Assembly (NCBI GenBank): GCA_964016885.1
Contig: OZ024741.1
Coordinates: 330,398,001-330,462,000 of the forward strand
Reading direction: 5' to 3'
Length of the DNA stretch: 64,000 nucleotides
Source of the DNA: Eledone cirrhosa
Taxonomy: Eukaryota
Below, piece after piece: positions 1-13,945 of this stretch; the stretch's first letter is position 1, and each line of letters starts with the position of its first letter. The translations under genes and the position numbers were made by a program. A model generated the notes under the pieces. That model saw nothing but the letters and a program-made list of their open reading frames with translations. It was not told the origin of the DNA and did no database searches.

Positions 1-180
1 ATATATATATATATATACACGCACATCTCCCACCAGCCTGACCTCAAAACCATCCCATTGTCCACTGGCTGGAACAAGTGACCTAATTCTACACACTGCC
101 CAGAACATTATTTAAATATTAACTAACTGACCAAAATGTAAAAAGCTTGAGAAAAACGAAACCGCAAGGTTCGCGATCAG

Positions 181-227
181 GATTCTGCTTTTTTCCTATA
201 TACCCACTCTGTATCTCATCAGGAATC
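181..227 (-). ncRNA. Degenerate type I hammerhead-like motif
   Basis: Minus strand reads GATTC-CTGATGA-gatacagagtgggtatatag-GAAA-aaag-CA-GAATC. Stem I pairs, but the NUH triplet is broken. Confidence 0.4.
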
Positions 228-286
228 GAGCACTGCCCTGATTTCTGGTCTTCCATGCCTTCACACGGCATGCACTACTCCCCCCC

Positions 287-351
<65 letters not shown>

Positions 352-502
352 TAGAAGGGATATTTAATTTGTTGGAAATTCAACAAATATAAATGTTTAT
401 AACTGATTCATAGCACTCGACATATATATAATATATATAATATGAAATATATATAATAGAATAAATAGGGTTTTATAAATATAGTTTCCATTTATTTAAT
501 AC

Positions 503-564
<62 letters not shown>

Positions 565-567
<3 letters not shown>

Positions 568-860
568 GGCTGCCCCTCGTTATCGAGTATGGCTAATGCA
601 CGATATACCATTATTAATAATTATTAATTAATTCTATCGTGCAACGCCTGTGCGTGAAGATATTTTTTTAAGTGAGGAAACACTGTGCACTGAGCCAATC
701 CCACTCTCTGAGCGACAGTAGCTATAACCCGAAAAGAAGAAAAGATCAATATCACTGGTAACTACTGAGCTGCAGGTTTTATATCGGAGTTATCCCAGTT
801 TCCTGAGTTGCCTTCTCCTAGAAGAATGCCCCGAGAAAGGCTAGGGGTCCTTTACTCCTA
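565..860 (-). mobile_element. Diverged non-autonomous RTE-derived element
   Basis: The 3' end (gccatactcgataacgaggggcagccat) and the 750-860 segment resemble the elements at 18257-18860 and 20842-21373. Confidence 0.5.
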
Positions 861-899
861 TATATATATATATACATACACACATACACGTAAATACAC

Positions 900-1065
900 A
901 CACAGGACAAGCTTCTGAAGTTTCTGTCTATCAAAATGTCCATCGCATGTCATTGTAGTGGGGTTGTCAACCCGGTGACTTATAGCAGAAGACACAAGAG
1001 AAGCCGAAACCCCACACACATGGTTATAAAAGCGAACTGCTTAACTACAATCATGCCTGTACATG
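900..1065 (-). mobile_element. Degenerate SINE-like repeat
   Basis: Similar to 17060-17220 (gtttc..tctatcaaa, gaac..cttaac, tgcctg motifs). Confidence 0.4.
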
Positions 1066-1183
1066 GATACACACACACACTGTATTTCCGCTATTATAAG
1101 ACCCACTCAAAATTAAGTCCTACCATTATTTTTTATGTCGTTGTCCAATATTAGCCCTACCCCCGAAAATAAACCTTGATGCC

Positions 1184-1322
<139 letters not shown>

Positions 1323-1553
1323 TAATATTAGACCTGTCTTTCTTTTTTCTTTGTAATATTATGACGACAGTTATGTTGACAAATAAAGTGTTTATTTAAA
1401 TATTATATAATTATATATAAGTGAAAACCCAAAGATAAAACTTCAAATCAATTTATTAACTTCTATGTTCGCATATATATATATATATATATATTTATAT
1501 GTGTGTGTGTGTGTTTATATAGGTGACTGAATGTGATGTGTCTGTGAGTGACG

Positions 1554-1619
<66 letters not shown>

Positions 1620-2375
1620 GTACGTAATAAGACCACCTGTGGTGTGTATTTTGTAGTCAAGTGTCAGTGAAGTACCGGTTCAATGTTATATAGTTAGTTA
1701 CTAGTGTTTCAGTTGTTTAGAACAATGACTGTACTTTGCTTTATCGCGATGGATGAACAACAAAACTGACCATTCTTTATCTTTGTCTCTTGGTCACCAG
1801 AACAAGTTACTCTGTTGGGTGTATATTTTCTATACCCTGTAATATCAACAGGTAGGTCAAGTATATATACATATATATATAATTTTAGATAGTATGTTTA
1901 TGTATAATCAACATAAAATGTTCACGGGTCCATATTCGCCTTTATTATATGAACCAAGCAGTGTTAGTGCTATCGGTAATATATAATGTGTGTACATCCC
2001 CCGATCTCTCTCTCTCTCTCTATATATATATATAGCCAGGGGCCGCAAAAGTTACGGGTGGGTGGGTATATCCTATCAATCTTTCCATAATAATGATTTC
2101 ATCTATTGGCCACAATAATGAGGTACTGTGTAAACTAAGCTCAACGTGTTACACACACACATATATATATAAACACATATCCGTCTGCAACTCTTTAAAA
2201 AGTTATACACACACACTAACTCAAACGTACACACACACACTAACCCAAACGTACACACATACAATGTATTTCTAATCTCATTCATGTTGCTACAATAAGA
2301 ACTTGTCTTTCTAATCACAAGGTCCGTGGCTTCTAATCCTATATTTGTCCTTGTAAATAGTTATTGCCCCAAAGT

Positions 2376-2676
2376 TACTTTCGGGTCTCGAATAATCACC
2401 CAACCCCCTCCGCTTATTAAATTTTGCTAATCTATCTCCAGCGAAATTTTATTTTAAGTAGTAATTAATTTTCTTTACATTAAAAAACATACATGACTAA
2501 AAAAATGCATTACTAAAAATCCCATACGTTATAAAAAAAAGAATGGGTTGGAGTCTCAATATATAAACCAAACGACTAATTCTGCTTTTTAAAAAAAAAT
2601 CAACGGAGTCAATTTAGAAAAATTACCGATTTCTACCCTGCTTACCACCCCTCCCATTATTTGGGACCCTAGAGCA
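2376..2676. mobile_element. Possible Tc1/mariner-type MITE remnant
   Basis: Imperfect terminal inverted repeats tactttcgggtctcgaataa / ttatttgggaccctagagca. Confidence 0.35.
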
Positions 2677-2891
2677 CTCATAAATTTAATCCTGTCATTT
2701 GTACATACATGTTGAATGTTTATTATATTTATTAAAATATCATTCTTATTTTTTATCACTTCTAAATGTCTGTAATCAACATAAACTATAGGGTTTCTCA
2801 GTTTGCATGATTGTTGATATATCCAGTTAACCTGGTATATAAGGCATACGAACCCTGGACTAAAAAACTAGATACGTTCAACGCTACGGCC

Positions 2892-2998
2892 GTTATTTTA
2901 GACAAGTCTGATGAGTTATCGATTCCAGAGTCGGACCCGATCACTACCGAAAGTATATTGAGCTGAGCAATCGCGAAACGCGCGTCACACGTAAATAA
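2892..2998 (+). ncRNA. Type I hammerhead ribozyme motif with long stem II
   Basis: CTGATGA at 2908, then CGAAAC-GCGC-GTC (predicted cleavage after 2986). Stem II cgatt/aatcg; interrupted stem I ttattt..ac..gt / ac..gt.aaataa. Confidence 0.6.
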
Positions 2999-3002
2999 GC
3001 AT

Positions 3003-3192
3003 GGATTGGCAGTATCGGTAGAGGGTCGGACGCCATGCTTTCCAGCATAGTTACGTCCCTTTACGATCTGAGTTCAAATCCCGCCGAGGTTGACTTTGCC
3101 TTTCATCCTTACGGAGTCGATAAAATAAAGTACCAGTAATGCACTGAGTAATTGCTGGCCTTGTGCCTAAAGTAGAAACAATTATTATTATT
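3003..3192 (+). mobile_element. tRNA-derived SINE family A (Meta-like central domain)
   Basis: ttggcagtatcggtaga (A box) ... gagttcaaatccc (B box) ... gcctttcatccttacggagtcgataaaataaagtaccagt, with an (ATT)n tail. About 10 copies or fragments in the window. Confidence 0.8.
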
Positions 3193-3249
3193 ATATAAAT
3201 AGTTTTTTTTATTAGGATAGTAGATAAGATAGTATTTTATTAGGATAGT

Positions 3250-6060
3250 AGATAAGATAGGTTGAACGCATTTCCAAACGGTCGCCTATTCCGATCACAA
3301 ATTTGACATTTGCATGGTCAACCTAGATAGAACTCATAGGCTAGGACCTGATTACTGGAAGCTCAATATGTCATTCTTGGTTCCCAGCACGTAAAGCTTA
3401 CAGGGACCAGGTCACCATTTTAGTTATGTGTAAGCTGGTGCGGTGCTCTCAAGAGAGAGATTAGAGAAGTATCAATAGGTTTTAGTACAGAAGTAACGTT
3501 AGAAAAGAATGGAAAGGGGAGGGAGCTAGTAGCTAAATTAGACGAGGCGATTAGAAGTGGCTTTGCAACTGACGTGCTAACGGCGAGAATGACATTCGAC
3601 CTCCTTTTATTCAATGCGAAACAAAAAGGTTGCATTGCTAGAGCTATCTCTAAGAAATGAGGGAACGAAAGCTGTTCGATGGGCCCGTGTGGCGGGAGGC
3701 GCGGCGTGGTGACAGAACTACGATTCGGTCTTTGACGAACCGAGACGAACGCGTGCTGAACGATTTCAAGTAGATGTGGGTGGCTTTTCGCCAGGACTTT
3801 GCTCGACTGTTCGGGGAGGGTGGGGGGTCGGAGACGGTGGCAGCTTCAATTCCTACCTCGACGGCCTCCCGCGACTCTCCCCAGCCGATGCTGGGTGCTG
3901 CGAGAGGTTGATAACATTAGCCGAGATTCAGGATGCTCTGATCGGTTGCACGAAACGGCTTCGGTCCCGCCCTCAGAGGCTGGATCGCTGCAATGCGCAG
4001 CGGCATCTGCTCGGTTGTCAAAGTAAATGATCACCGTTCAGAACCGCTCCTCCCTTCTGTATGTATTATTCTCGAGCCTTTACTGCGGAAGATAGAACTG
4101 TTGCAGGGCATCTCGCTCGAACCGGGACGTGGAAGGGCTGTGTCGACATATGTGGACGACATTACCCTGACGGTGTCGAACACCTCGGATATCGAGGTGG
4201 TCGGTACCTTCTTCGAAGAATATTAAAGGTTGACGAGAGCAAAACAGCCTGGAAAAATCGGTGGATTTGCAACTTGGCACCTGGAGAGACAAATACATGC
4301 CTTTCAACAGCGTTGTTGGACGCTGGATTGACGTGCCGGTGAAGTTGCTCGGGATCTGGTTCGGACCGGACCTCCAGTTGGATAAGAACTGGAACGACGT
4401 AACGAGCAGGGTGACCACTCTCACCCAGAAATGGGCCAAGAGAAAACTGTACCAATAAAATGTATTTTTGTTGTAGCAGAAAAAGAATGTTTAGTTAGTT
4501 GTGATAGCGGGAAAAGATGTTTGTAGCAGTAGATATAACGTTATTGAAGTTAATAATTATTTCTACTATTGGTACAAGGCCAGCAATTATCCCAGTGCAT
4601 TACTGGTTGTATCTTGGTTGAAGGTTGTAGCCACGAAAAGAGATGAATCTGTAACAGTTGTAGACAAGTGAGTGACTTGTTGGTAGGTGAGTTAGCGAAG
4701 TCAGATATTGTACTCACTTGTTGTGGAATGATAGTACATTGGGAAAAAGGATTTTCCCATATCACGTCCGACGTTATATTTTTAGTGTGTTTGCAGAAAT
4801 ATCAGAAGGCTTTTAACATTTTTACAATGGTTTATTTACAACCGTACAAGATTACAATAAATTGTTGCCGGCATGCCGCAAAAGTAAATGAACTAAAATG
4901 AAATGTTAGAAGAAAGAAATTGGTCCCTCGCCGATAAGGTTTCATTTTAAACCGTTACATCTTGCTAGTGTTGACACGAGAATGTAAAAGGGTCTTTACT
5001 TGATGAAGTGAAAGCAGCAACTAGTGTGAAGTCCATAAAAGAAGCGCGAATTTCTTCTAGCTGGGCGGAAGTTGTATATTCATGCGCGACTTACACGATT
5101 GGTCAACCAGTGACCAAATCGCACATGAAAGATTATTGTTGCGAGCTACGAAATAATGCCACTACAAAACTAGGCCGAACGGAGGTGGCGAACGCATTAC
5201 CGTCGTGCTTTGCTCCCGTTCGCACTTCACCAAATTGGAATGCCTGCGCTTCCGCTTTTTGTGGAAGGGACAGATTCCATTAGTGAGTCGATCCATCTGC
5301 TGCCAACACCCTCTACGCGGAGGGCCAGGCATGCCCTGGCTGATGATGCACAAACATGCGCTGAGGCCACGGCATCTTCAGATATTCTTAAACGGTGAAC
5401 AGGTGTAGTCGCCGTTTGTGAGACAGGCCTTTCCACAGCTCGTCTCTTTGACCGAGCTGCAGTCCTGGGTCAAGAAGAGACCAAGACTGGCATATGGAAT
5501 GTTACCAGGCGCTCACTGCCCTCCACCAGGCGAGCAATGCGGTTAGTGGAAATGCCACTCTATAGAGGATTAGTGGTGGTAAAGTGCGACGACGCTCATG
5601 GAAGGCTCTGGACATCGACGAAATCGAACTGACCAGTCTGTTCCGGAGGACTTTCGAGCCGGGGGCTATGAATAACTCGCTTGGCAGTGCTACCGGGAAC
5701 TGCCGGTTCGAGATAAACTCTACAGGCACAGAAGTGCTGTCAGACGGACTTGCCTGAGATGTGCAGAGCACCGAAACCGTTCTGCACGTACTCGCCCAGT
5801 GTCCGTGCATTACTGACTTGTGGAGTTAGGTCAAACAGCTTTTATCGCGTATATGACGGATCCTGCTATCGACTGAACCCATAGTGAGGATCGCTCCTCC
5901 ACCTTCTTTTGGCTGGGAAGGACAGACAGTTTTCCTCTGTTTGGTGGCCGTAGAAAAATAGGTTGTGTGGTGAACCAGATTGCAAGGACTGAAGACAGTC
6001 GACTGATTCCCCATCAACTTTTTCAAGCTTCACTTGGAAAGGAAGGTGAGGGTGGAGAGA
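3250..6060 (+). pseudogene. Decayed L1/Tx1-like LINE ORF2, interrupted by an insert at about 4460-5170
   Basis: Fragments SDHKF and WKLN (end of APE), YVDDIT (RT), LLGIWFGPDLQLDKNW and FLWKG..VSR..C.HP.RGG.GMP, with many stops and frameshifts. Confidence 0.75.
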
Positions 6061-6269
6061 GCCGAACTTATGAAAGTTCCTAAGAAACCTTTAAATTTGG
6101 AAAAATCCAATAATTTCCCCGAAAAGAATTTTCTTTTTATGATACAGGGGGCCGGCCGAACGCGTGGTGTTGTTTCTTCGACCCCCCCCCCCGTATATAT
6201 ATATATATACGGGGGAATACTGTTGGCTTCTTGCTACAATACTTTCTATACCTTTCATTTATATATATA

Positions 6270-6500
6270 TATTATGGTTTCTGAAGGAATGGGGAAAGTC
6301 AATTAAATCGACTCCAGTGCGTAACTGGTACTTTATTTTATCGACCTCATAAGGATGTGAATCAAAGCTAACCTCGGCGGAATTTGAACTCAGAACGTAA
6401 AGGGACGTAACTACATGCCACAAAGCATGGTGTCCCACGCTCTATCGATACTGAATAATAATAATTGTTTCTGATTTAGGCACAAGGCTGCTAATTTTAG
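6270..6500 (-). mobile_element. SINE family A copies
   Basis: Reverse complement of 3003-3192 (ctggtactttattttatcgacc..ggatg..aaag..aacctcggcggaatttgaactcag). Confidence 0.75.
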
Positions 6501-6859
6501 ACTCTGGAATTTCTGGAATTAGTTATCGAAACGGCAAGAGCTCAGCTGTTAGGCTCGACTCTCTTAAATATATATATCTTACAAATATATATATATTGTA
6601 TAAGCGCGCGCTTCTCTTTATTAGAGCCCCTCTCCCGTTCTTATTTTAATTAGTTTGCTCACAAAAGAAAACATTAAGTTTTGTTTTTGTTATTTCTTTT
6701 TAATTGTTCATTTTATTTTTTACGATTTTTGTTTCTTCCCGAACCAAACCAACGAACAAACCGCTTAGCGGTCACCGGACTTGCTAGAAATAGCAGCCAA
6801 GTCTTCCTCAAATTGTACCCTAAAAATCAGGTCCGACGTCATTCTTTATGGCATAGAGT

Positions 6860-7290
6860 TACGGCCCTTTATGATCTGAGTTCAAATCCTACCGAGGTTC
6901 GCTTTGCCTTCCATCCTTACGAGGTCGATAAAATAAAGTACTAGTAATGCGATGGGTCGATTTAATTGACCCCCCCCCCTCCAAAAAAATGTATATATAT
7001 ATTATTATTACCTTTGCCTTTCATCCTTACGGGGTCGATAAAATAAAGTACCAGTAATGTACTGGTATATTGCTGGCCTTGTGCCAATAGTAGAAACAAT
7101 TGTTACATTCAAAGGGCGGTGAATTGGCAGTATCGGTAGAGAGTCGGACGCCATGCTTTTCAGCATAGTTACGTCTCTTTACGGTCTGAGTTCAAATCCC
7201 TTTCACCCTTACGGGGTCGATAAAATAAAGTACCAGTAATGTACTGAGCAATTGCTGGCCTTGTGCCAAAAGTAGAAACAATTATTACAT
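6860..7290 (+). mobile_element. Cluster of three SINE family A copies or fragments
   Basis: The gtcgataaaataaagtac core recurs at about 6925, 7035 and 7217. Confidence 0.75.
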
Positions 7291-8089
7291 TCAAAGTAAA
7301 GGATATCATGAATGATACAAAATCAAACATGTCTTGTCTCAAAAAACAGCTCATGATTAACCATATATTCAGAGAATATATGGTTAATAATCACACATTG
7401 GATACGACCGACGTTTTCATTGGATTTCACTTCTGTGACATTGCCTTCCCTTCCTTTTCCTTTTTTAAATATTAATACAGCGACTTTATGAAATATATTG
7501 CTAGTGCATAGGATTTTGCCAACTTAAAAAATTGAAAAACGTTCGCTTTCTCTGCTGTTTTCTTTATTCAAAACAGCGTCTTGTTTGTGGTTTTCTGAGT
7601 TAGTTTTTCACGTTAAACTGTCAGTTTTATGTTAAGATTATTTGTTGCGTGCTTCAATATACATACATAAACATACATACATACACATACATACATACAT
7701 ACATACATACAAACGTGTGTTTGTTATTACTACCTGGCATGAGAGAAAAACACTGGTGACCTCTCTTGTGGTCACTCAGTCACTCCAACCGAAGTGTTGG
7801 AATATACTTTTCTCTAAACAACTCGAAATGTCTTCACATAGGTAGGAAATCATTTGATTTCGTGTTTCGTTTCATGTTTATATTTTAATCGACCATTCTC
7901 TCAGCAGAGCCAAACATTGTAGTTTAAAGCGAGCTTAGTGGAGCAGTGCCGTCAATAATGATGGCAATAGCGTTGAATGTATTTAATTTTTAGAGTCATA
8001 GTGGCAAGGAACTCATGAGAGCTGGACAGCAGAAGGTCTTCAGAGAAGACCCCCCCCCCCCCCCCCCAAGCGAGTGTTTATCGACGACC

Positions 8090-9120
8090 TAATCTTCGAG
8101 AGACTCGAGTGCCTGGTCAATGTTAGATTCTCTCCAGAGTCCCGCGATCAGGCTACGTTGCCCAAGCGATTTGGGGGTCTTGGTCTTCGTTCGTCCCTCT
8201 CTCTCCTCTGATTCCTTTCCTCCACCCACGCTTGCTCCACCCTGATGAGCAACATCCTCTCCTCTCCGACATGGACTAGTTCCAACAGGGTGTTGGATGA
8301 AGCTCTCCAGCAATGGAGTGAGTTGGGCTTGTCTCTTCCTGAGAAGGTGGAGGACAGTCGAAGTCAGACACCTTGGGACAGCATAAGTTCGATGGCCACC
8401 TTCGACTCCCTTTTCGTCCAGTCGGATCAGTTTACAAGGTGCCGCTTACTATCATCTGCCAGCGCCAAATACTCAGGTAACTGGGTTGATGCCCTACCCG
8501 TGGCTAACGTTTGTGGCCTACTCAGCCTGGACGAACTTCGTGTCTCCATCGCCCTCAGAGTTGGAGCTGACGTCTGCATGGATTTGAGGTGTTGATGCGG
8601 AAAACTCCTCGACTACACAGGCCTCCACGGTCTTTCTTGCCGCCTGAATGCCGGTCGCTTCGCGCGTCACACGGAGCTAAGCCTCATTCTTAAGAGAGTT
8701 TTGGCCCGGGTAAACATCCCTCAAACTTGGAACCATCTGGGTTGTCCAGAAGTGACGGGAAAAGACCTGACGACCTTACCCTGTGCCCCTGGTCGAGAGG
8801 CAGGTGCCTTGTCTGGGACATCTTAATTAGTGACTCTTTTGCTTCTTTCCACATCCTGGATGTTGTGGTTAGGGCGAGAGTCACAACCGAACGGAGCAAA
8901 ACCCTTAAATACTCTGATCTATTGGCCAACTACATTTTCTAGCCTGTGGCTTTCGAGACGTTTGGGGGAGTCGGGCTGCTGACTGCGAGTTTCCTCTCTT
9001 CACTGGCGGCTCGCCTAATAGAGGTAACTGGCGAATCTTGCGAGGGCGCTTGGTTGTTCCAGTGCTTCAGCCTGTCATCACCCGAGGTAATGCTGCGAGC
9101 GTGCTGGTTTGCCTAAAAAT
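8090..9120 (+). pseudogene. 3' fragment of a CRE-like non-LTR retrotransposon with restriction-like endonuclease
   Basis: LP.RFGGLG, a C.CG...G.H.LSC...RH zinc knuckle and EPSGLSRSDGKRPD..T..PW.RGR.LVWD, with stops and a frameshift. Confidence 0.75.
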
Positions 9121-9984
9121 CATTAGAGAGGTTGCCCAGTACTCCTCGCGACGCTGCTGTCTTTTGCTCTGGTGGTGGCTCAGTTGTCCACCCCTTCTTT
9201 TATATTTTCTTTAATATTGCAACATTAAAGGAATATATCCTTCTGAAAGAATCGCGAGCAATTTATAATGTTATTTAAGCATTTCTAATGTTATTTATGT
9301 ATATTTAAAACATATTTGCTATGTTATTCTACTGTAAATTTATTTATATGCTTTGTATATATTATATGAGTTTATATTTTCATTCTGTAAGCCTTATATT
9401 GTATTATAATATTTCTTTTTATACAACTGTGAAAAATCCTATATATATCACTGATTAAAATTTGATAATAACCAGGTTTGTGGAATATATGAACAATTAT
9501 ATAAACTGGGAAATTTGCGTTTTGATAAAGTTATGGTTGGCATAAGAGAAACCTTAGTTAATGTTCATTAATGACAGGTGGAAGTGATTAAAGATAAGAA
9601 TAATATTAATATAATTTATTTCGAGGATATAATTACATAAATATGCAGCATGTGTGTAAAAATGATTAAATGTATGAGTAACTTTGGGGGAATAACTATT
9701 TACAGGCACACATGTACGGTTAGAATGCAAAACGTTGCGATTGAAGAGTGCACCTCTTATTGTAGCAACAACATGGAGAGAGGAAATGCATTATGTGCAT
9801 GTTTGTGTGTTTACATTTTAAAGAGTTATAGACAGACATATTTATATGTAAATATATATATGATTTGATCAGAGACACACACACTGTATTCAAGTGATTA
9901 GCAGCCTTTAGACTCACCTGATCAATGAAACAATTGTTAATACTATAGTATGTTATTCTTCACTCTTTCACTACACACACACAC

Positions 9985-10019
<35 letters not shown>

Positions 10020-10053
10020 TATATGTACACACACACACACACATATATATATA

Positions 10054-10325
10054 TGATGTGTTGTTTCCTTGAGCAAGATACTTTATTTCACATTGCTCCA
10101 GTTTACTCAGCTGTAGGAATGAGATGATAGGGACTGGGGTCCATATCATTCCACTGCAAAGTGGTCGTGCAGGTGCCACGGCAAAAAAGCACCCAGCACT
10201 CACTGTAAATGAGGTTGGTATTAGGAAGGACATCCAGCTGTAGAAATCAAGCCAGAATCAGTTCCCGTCCCACCCTTGCAAGCAGGGAAAAGCGGACGTA
10301 AAATGAAATGAAATGAAAATGATGA
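10054..10325 (+). mobile_element. 5'-truncated SINE family B (CORE-like body, RTE-type tail)
   Basis: Near-identical to 50716-50970. Confidence 0.8.
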
Positions 10326-10370
10326 AATGAAAGTGTTAAAACAATCAAATCTTAGTTTAATACATTTATT

Positions 10371-10410
10371 TTCTGACAATTGTTTCTTCCAGTCTGGAAT
10401 CATCGGAGCA
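10371..10410 (-). ncRNA. Hammerhead-like motif, U4C core variant
   Basis: tgct-CCGATGA-ttccag a ctggaa-GAAA-caattg-TC-agaa. Stem I is partly decayed. Confidence 0.55.
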
Positions 10411-10852
10411 TAGGGAATGTCAAAACAGCTGATTAAAATCCTAGTCATTCAGAACATTTAGGTAGATACATAAGTGTTGTTAGTGTCATAGGCATCATGT
10501 ATACAATCAGGAGTTAAAAAGATGTTATGCTTGAGAGAACACAATTACAAAGAGCACTGGTTGAAAGTGTAAGAGGTACAAGCAAAAAATACAAGCAAAA
10601 AAAAGTTACAAGCAAGGAAAAATGAAAGATAGGATAGACATAAGATATAAGATATCTTAGCATTGGAGATCAGGTAATGTTAGGGGTATACAATGCAGGA
10701 GTCAATACAATCAATAAGGCATGTATGAGGAAAGAGTTATATTACAGCTGAAATAAGCATATTTTGTGTAGAATGTTAAAGCATGTTATAAGTGTGAGAG
10801 ATGTTTAAAATGGCGTGCTATATGGTAGTGATAAAATAGGTATATGTTATGG

Positions 10853-12066
10853 GTTTTCTACAGCTGGATGCCCTTCCTAACACCAACCACATTTACAGTG
10901 TGGAACTGGGAGGTTTTTACCGTGTTACCTACACGGCCACATTACAGCGTGAACTGTGTGTTTTTTTGTCATGACACCTACACGATCTCATTTGTTTTGG
11001 CCTGGATGTTGTGGTACCAACATAACTTTACATTGAAAGGGGTGGTGTGGATGGGGTGGGGGTAGTGGGACGGGGGTGTATTTTGTTAGAGGTGCCTACT
11101 GACTGTAGTAGGTTTTACTTTGTATTTAGGTAAGGCGGGTCTTCTCTATTACTGTGTAGCGCCAAAGATCTCGGTCCAGTGACATTGTCTTGGAGAGGTG
11201 TAAGTGTGTGAGGTCGGAATTTATCAAGTCGTCCCAGGTTTTTCTGGGTCTGCCTATTCCGTGGCTACCGTCTATTTTTATTGCCCTGCACTTTTTTATA
11301 CAGCTGTCGTCTTTCATGCGCATCACGTGACCATACCAACGTAGCCTTCTCTCGAGTAAACAACATCTGATCCCTCTTATTTCTAATTTTTCCCTTAGTT
11401 TGTTTATGCTTTGCCGTTCACGTATATTACTATTACACATCCAGCGGAGCATGCAAGCTTCGTTCCTCTCTAGTCTGCGTATATCCTCTGCACACAATGC
11501 CCAGGTCTCACTGCCATGCAACATTGCTGTTCGTATGCAGGCATCATACAGCATGCCTTTCATTTTTAGGGAGAACCCTTTAGCGGCTAATAGTGGTATA
11601 AGCTCTCTGAACTTTTTCCATCCAGTTCTGACTCTAGCTACTGTACTTTCAGAGCACCCTCCCCCACTGCTGATTTTGTCACCCAGGTAACGGAAGCTGT
11701 CCACTATTTCTATAGAACCATCTGTGCAATTGAAAGAGCTAGTATTTTTGTGGGCACTTGCTGCTACTTATTGCACCAGAGCACCGGCCACATATAAAAT
11801 CTATGTTTTAATTAGCTTACCTGTGATCCCACTACATCTTTTATGCACCCATACTTTGCATTTGGGACATAAAATGGAGTTTCTACCTACTCCTATCCTA
11901 CACACTGAGCATGGCCATTTCCCGGATGGGACTGGTACCCTATTTTCCTTCCTACAAACTAGAACTTTAGTCTTAGACAGGTTAATTTTAAGGCCTTTTG
12001 ATTCTAGGCCATGCTTCTATGTTTGGAATTTCTTCTCTAGTTCGGCCATTGATTCAGCTATGAGCG

Positions 12067-12068
<2 letters not shown>
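10853..12068 (-). mobile_element. 5'-truncated RTE-clade LINE
   Basis: ORF 11126-11704 ([32 protein letters not shown]). Near-identical to the 22818-24178 copy. Confidence 0.92.
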
Positions 12069-12123
<55 letters not shown>

Positions 12124-12411
12124 CATTTAAAAGAACAATGGAATAAAATGTGTATGAATAATACCAAGTTGGAGATCAGATGTGGTTTAAACAGTTAGAC
12201 TAATCATCATCATCATTTTACGTCCGCTTTTCCCTGCTTGTAAGGGTGGGACGGGAACTCATTCTGGCTAAATGAGATAATATTACAGATGTCTGACAAA
12301 GCTTTTAACAAACATATACAACATAATGATAATAACTAGTCAAGTTAAAGCAAAATTCTTCAGTCACTGGTATATATATAATTCAGTCAACAAAAGCCAA
12401 ATACTAGGTGT

Positions 12412-12603
12412 AATGTTACCCCGAGAAAAATATGTTACATTTAGGGCACAGATAAGTATTTCCTCTCACAATGACCTAACATATTGACTCTACTGAATTC
12501 TTGCCAATGTTACCCCAAGAAAAATATGTCACATTTAGGGCACAGATAAGTATTTCCTCTCACAACAACCTAGTATATATTGACTTTACTGAATTCTTGC
12601 CAA
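12412..12603. repeat. About 95-bp tandem duplication (2 copies)
   Basis: aatgttacccc..gaaaaatatg..acatttagggcacagataagtatttcctctcacaa..tactgaattcttgcc occurs twice. Confidence 0.85.
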
Positions 12604-12829
12604 TTCAGACACAAAGTAGTTTAATATAATTCAAATAATTACATAGTACAAAGAACTCATACAACAGTTTGGTACCACAGATATAATAGGTCATCTACAT
12701 CACTCACCATAGAATGCTAACAGATGTGTGTATGTGTATGCTTGTATCTGTACACACACACAGACACGTGTATATATAATATATACTGACAGTGTCATTA
12801 ACATAGAATGATTTATAACAGGGGTATAC

Positions 12830-13270
12830 ATAATAATGATTTCTAGTATAGACACAGGGCCAGTATTTTGAGGGGAGGGGAAAGTCGATTAAATCGACCC
12901 CAGTACGTTACTGGTGCTTTATTTTATCGACCCCGTAAGGATGAAAGGCAAAGTTAACCTCAACGGGATTTGAACTCAGATCGTAAAGGGATGTAACTAT
13001 GCTGCAAAGCATGGCGGCCAACCTTCTACCGATACTGCCAATCCAATAATGAAAATTATTGTGAACAGTGCTCAGGTGCACTACAACTCATCAAAGGTGC
13101 ATGTATAGTACATATAATAATAATAATAATAATAATTGTTTCTACTTTTGGCACAAGGCCAGCAATTACCCAGTACATTACTGGTACTTTATTTTATCGA
13201 CCCCGTAAGGATGAAAGACAAAGTTAACCTAGACGGGATTTGAACTCAGACCGTAAAGGGACGTAACTAT
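12830..13270 (-). mobile_element. Two SINE family A copies flanking a CR1 3'-end fragment (13047-13110)
   Basis: Reverse-complement SINE cores. gtgctcaggtgcactacaactc matches the CR1 3' end at about 15960-15985. Confidence 0.75.
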
Positions 13271-13945
13271 AATAATAAATAAATAAAAATGAATATCTTT
13301 CCAACAGATGTAGATAGACAAATTATGAATATACATGGTACACCTGAGTGAGAGGAAAGGATAGGAGAGAGAGAGCGAGAGAATGAGGGGGTGGGGGTGG
13401 ATAGAATGACAGAGTGAAAGGTAGTACTAGAATGGCTTTAAATGACTTTAACTGAGAAGTAGGGTATAGTGGAAGAGAAGGAGAGAGAGAGAGAGGTGTG
13501 AGGCAGAGAGAGAAAGAGGAGGAGAGAAGCGGAGAGAGAAAGAGGAGGAGGTGGAGATAAAGCTACTACCATTTGGTTTGGGTTCATCCAGTACTGTTAA
13601 TTTTTTTTTTCTCTATAAAAAATATCAACTAAAGCAGTACAGCTGTTGTTTAACCATAGGTCAGCTCTCATTGAGTAGACACACATGATCAAGAGGCATT
13701 CCAACCGTGGCCATCCCATTTGTTTTGAGGACAGTAAAATCTGATTTGAGGGAGATGTAGCTGCTATTGCTAGCACCTTCAATGACTAATACCTGGCAAG
13801 GCTTTCAGATATAGAACCGCGTAGACAGCAGAGGAAATACAACATAGCCAGACTGACATACACACACACACATAATCAATGATGAAACACAGATATATGT
13901 ACACACACACAGCCAGACATAAGCACATACATACATGCAGCATCG

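Noticed and set aside
8242-8250. CTGATGAG as a hammerhead core
   Set aside because: It lies in the CRE-like coding relic, with no matching GAAA/NUH or stems.
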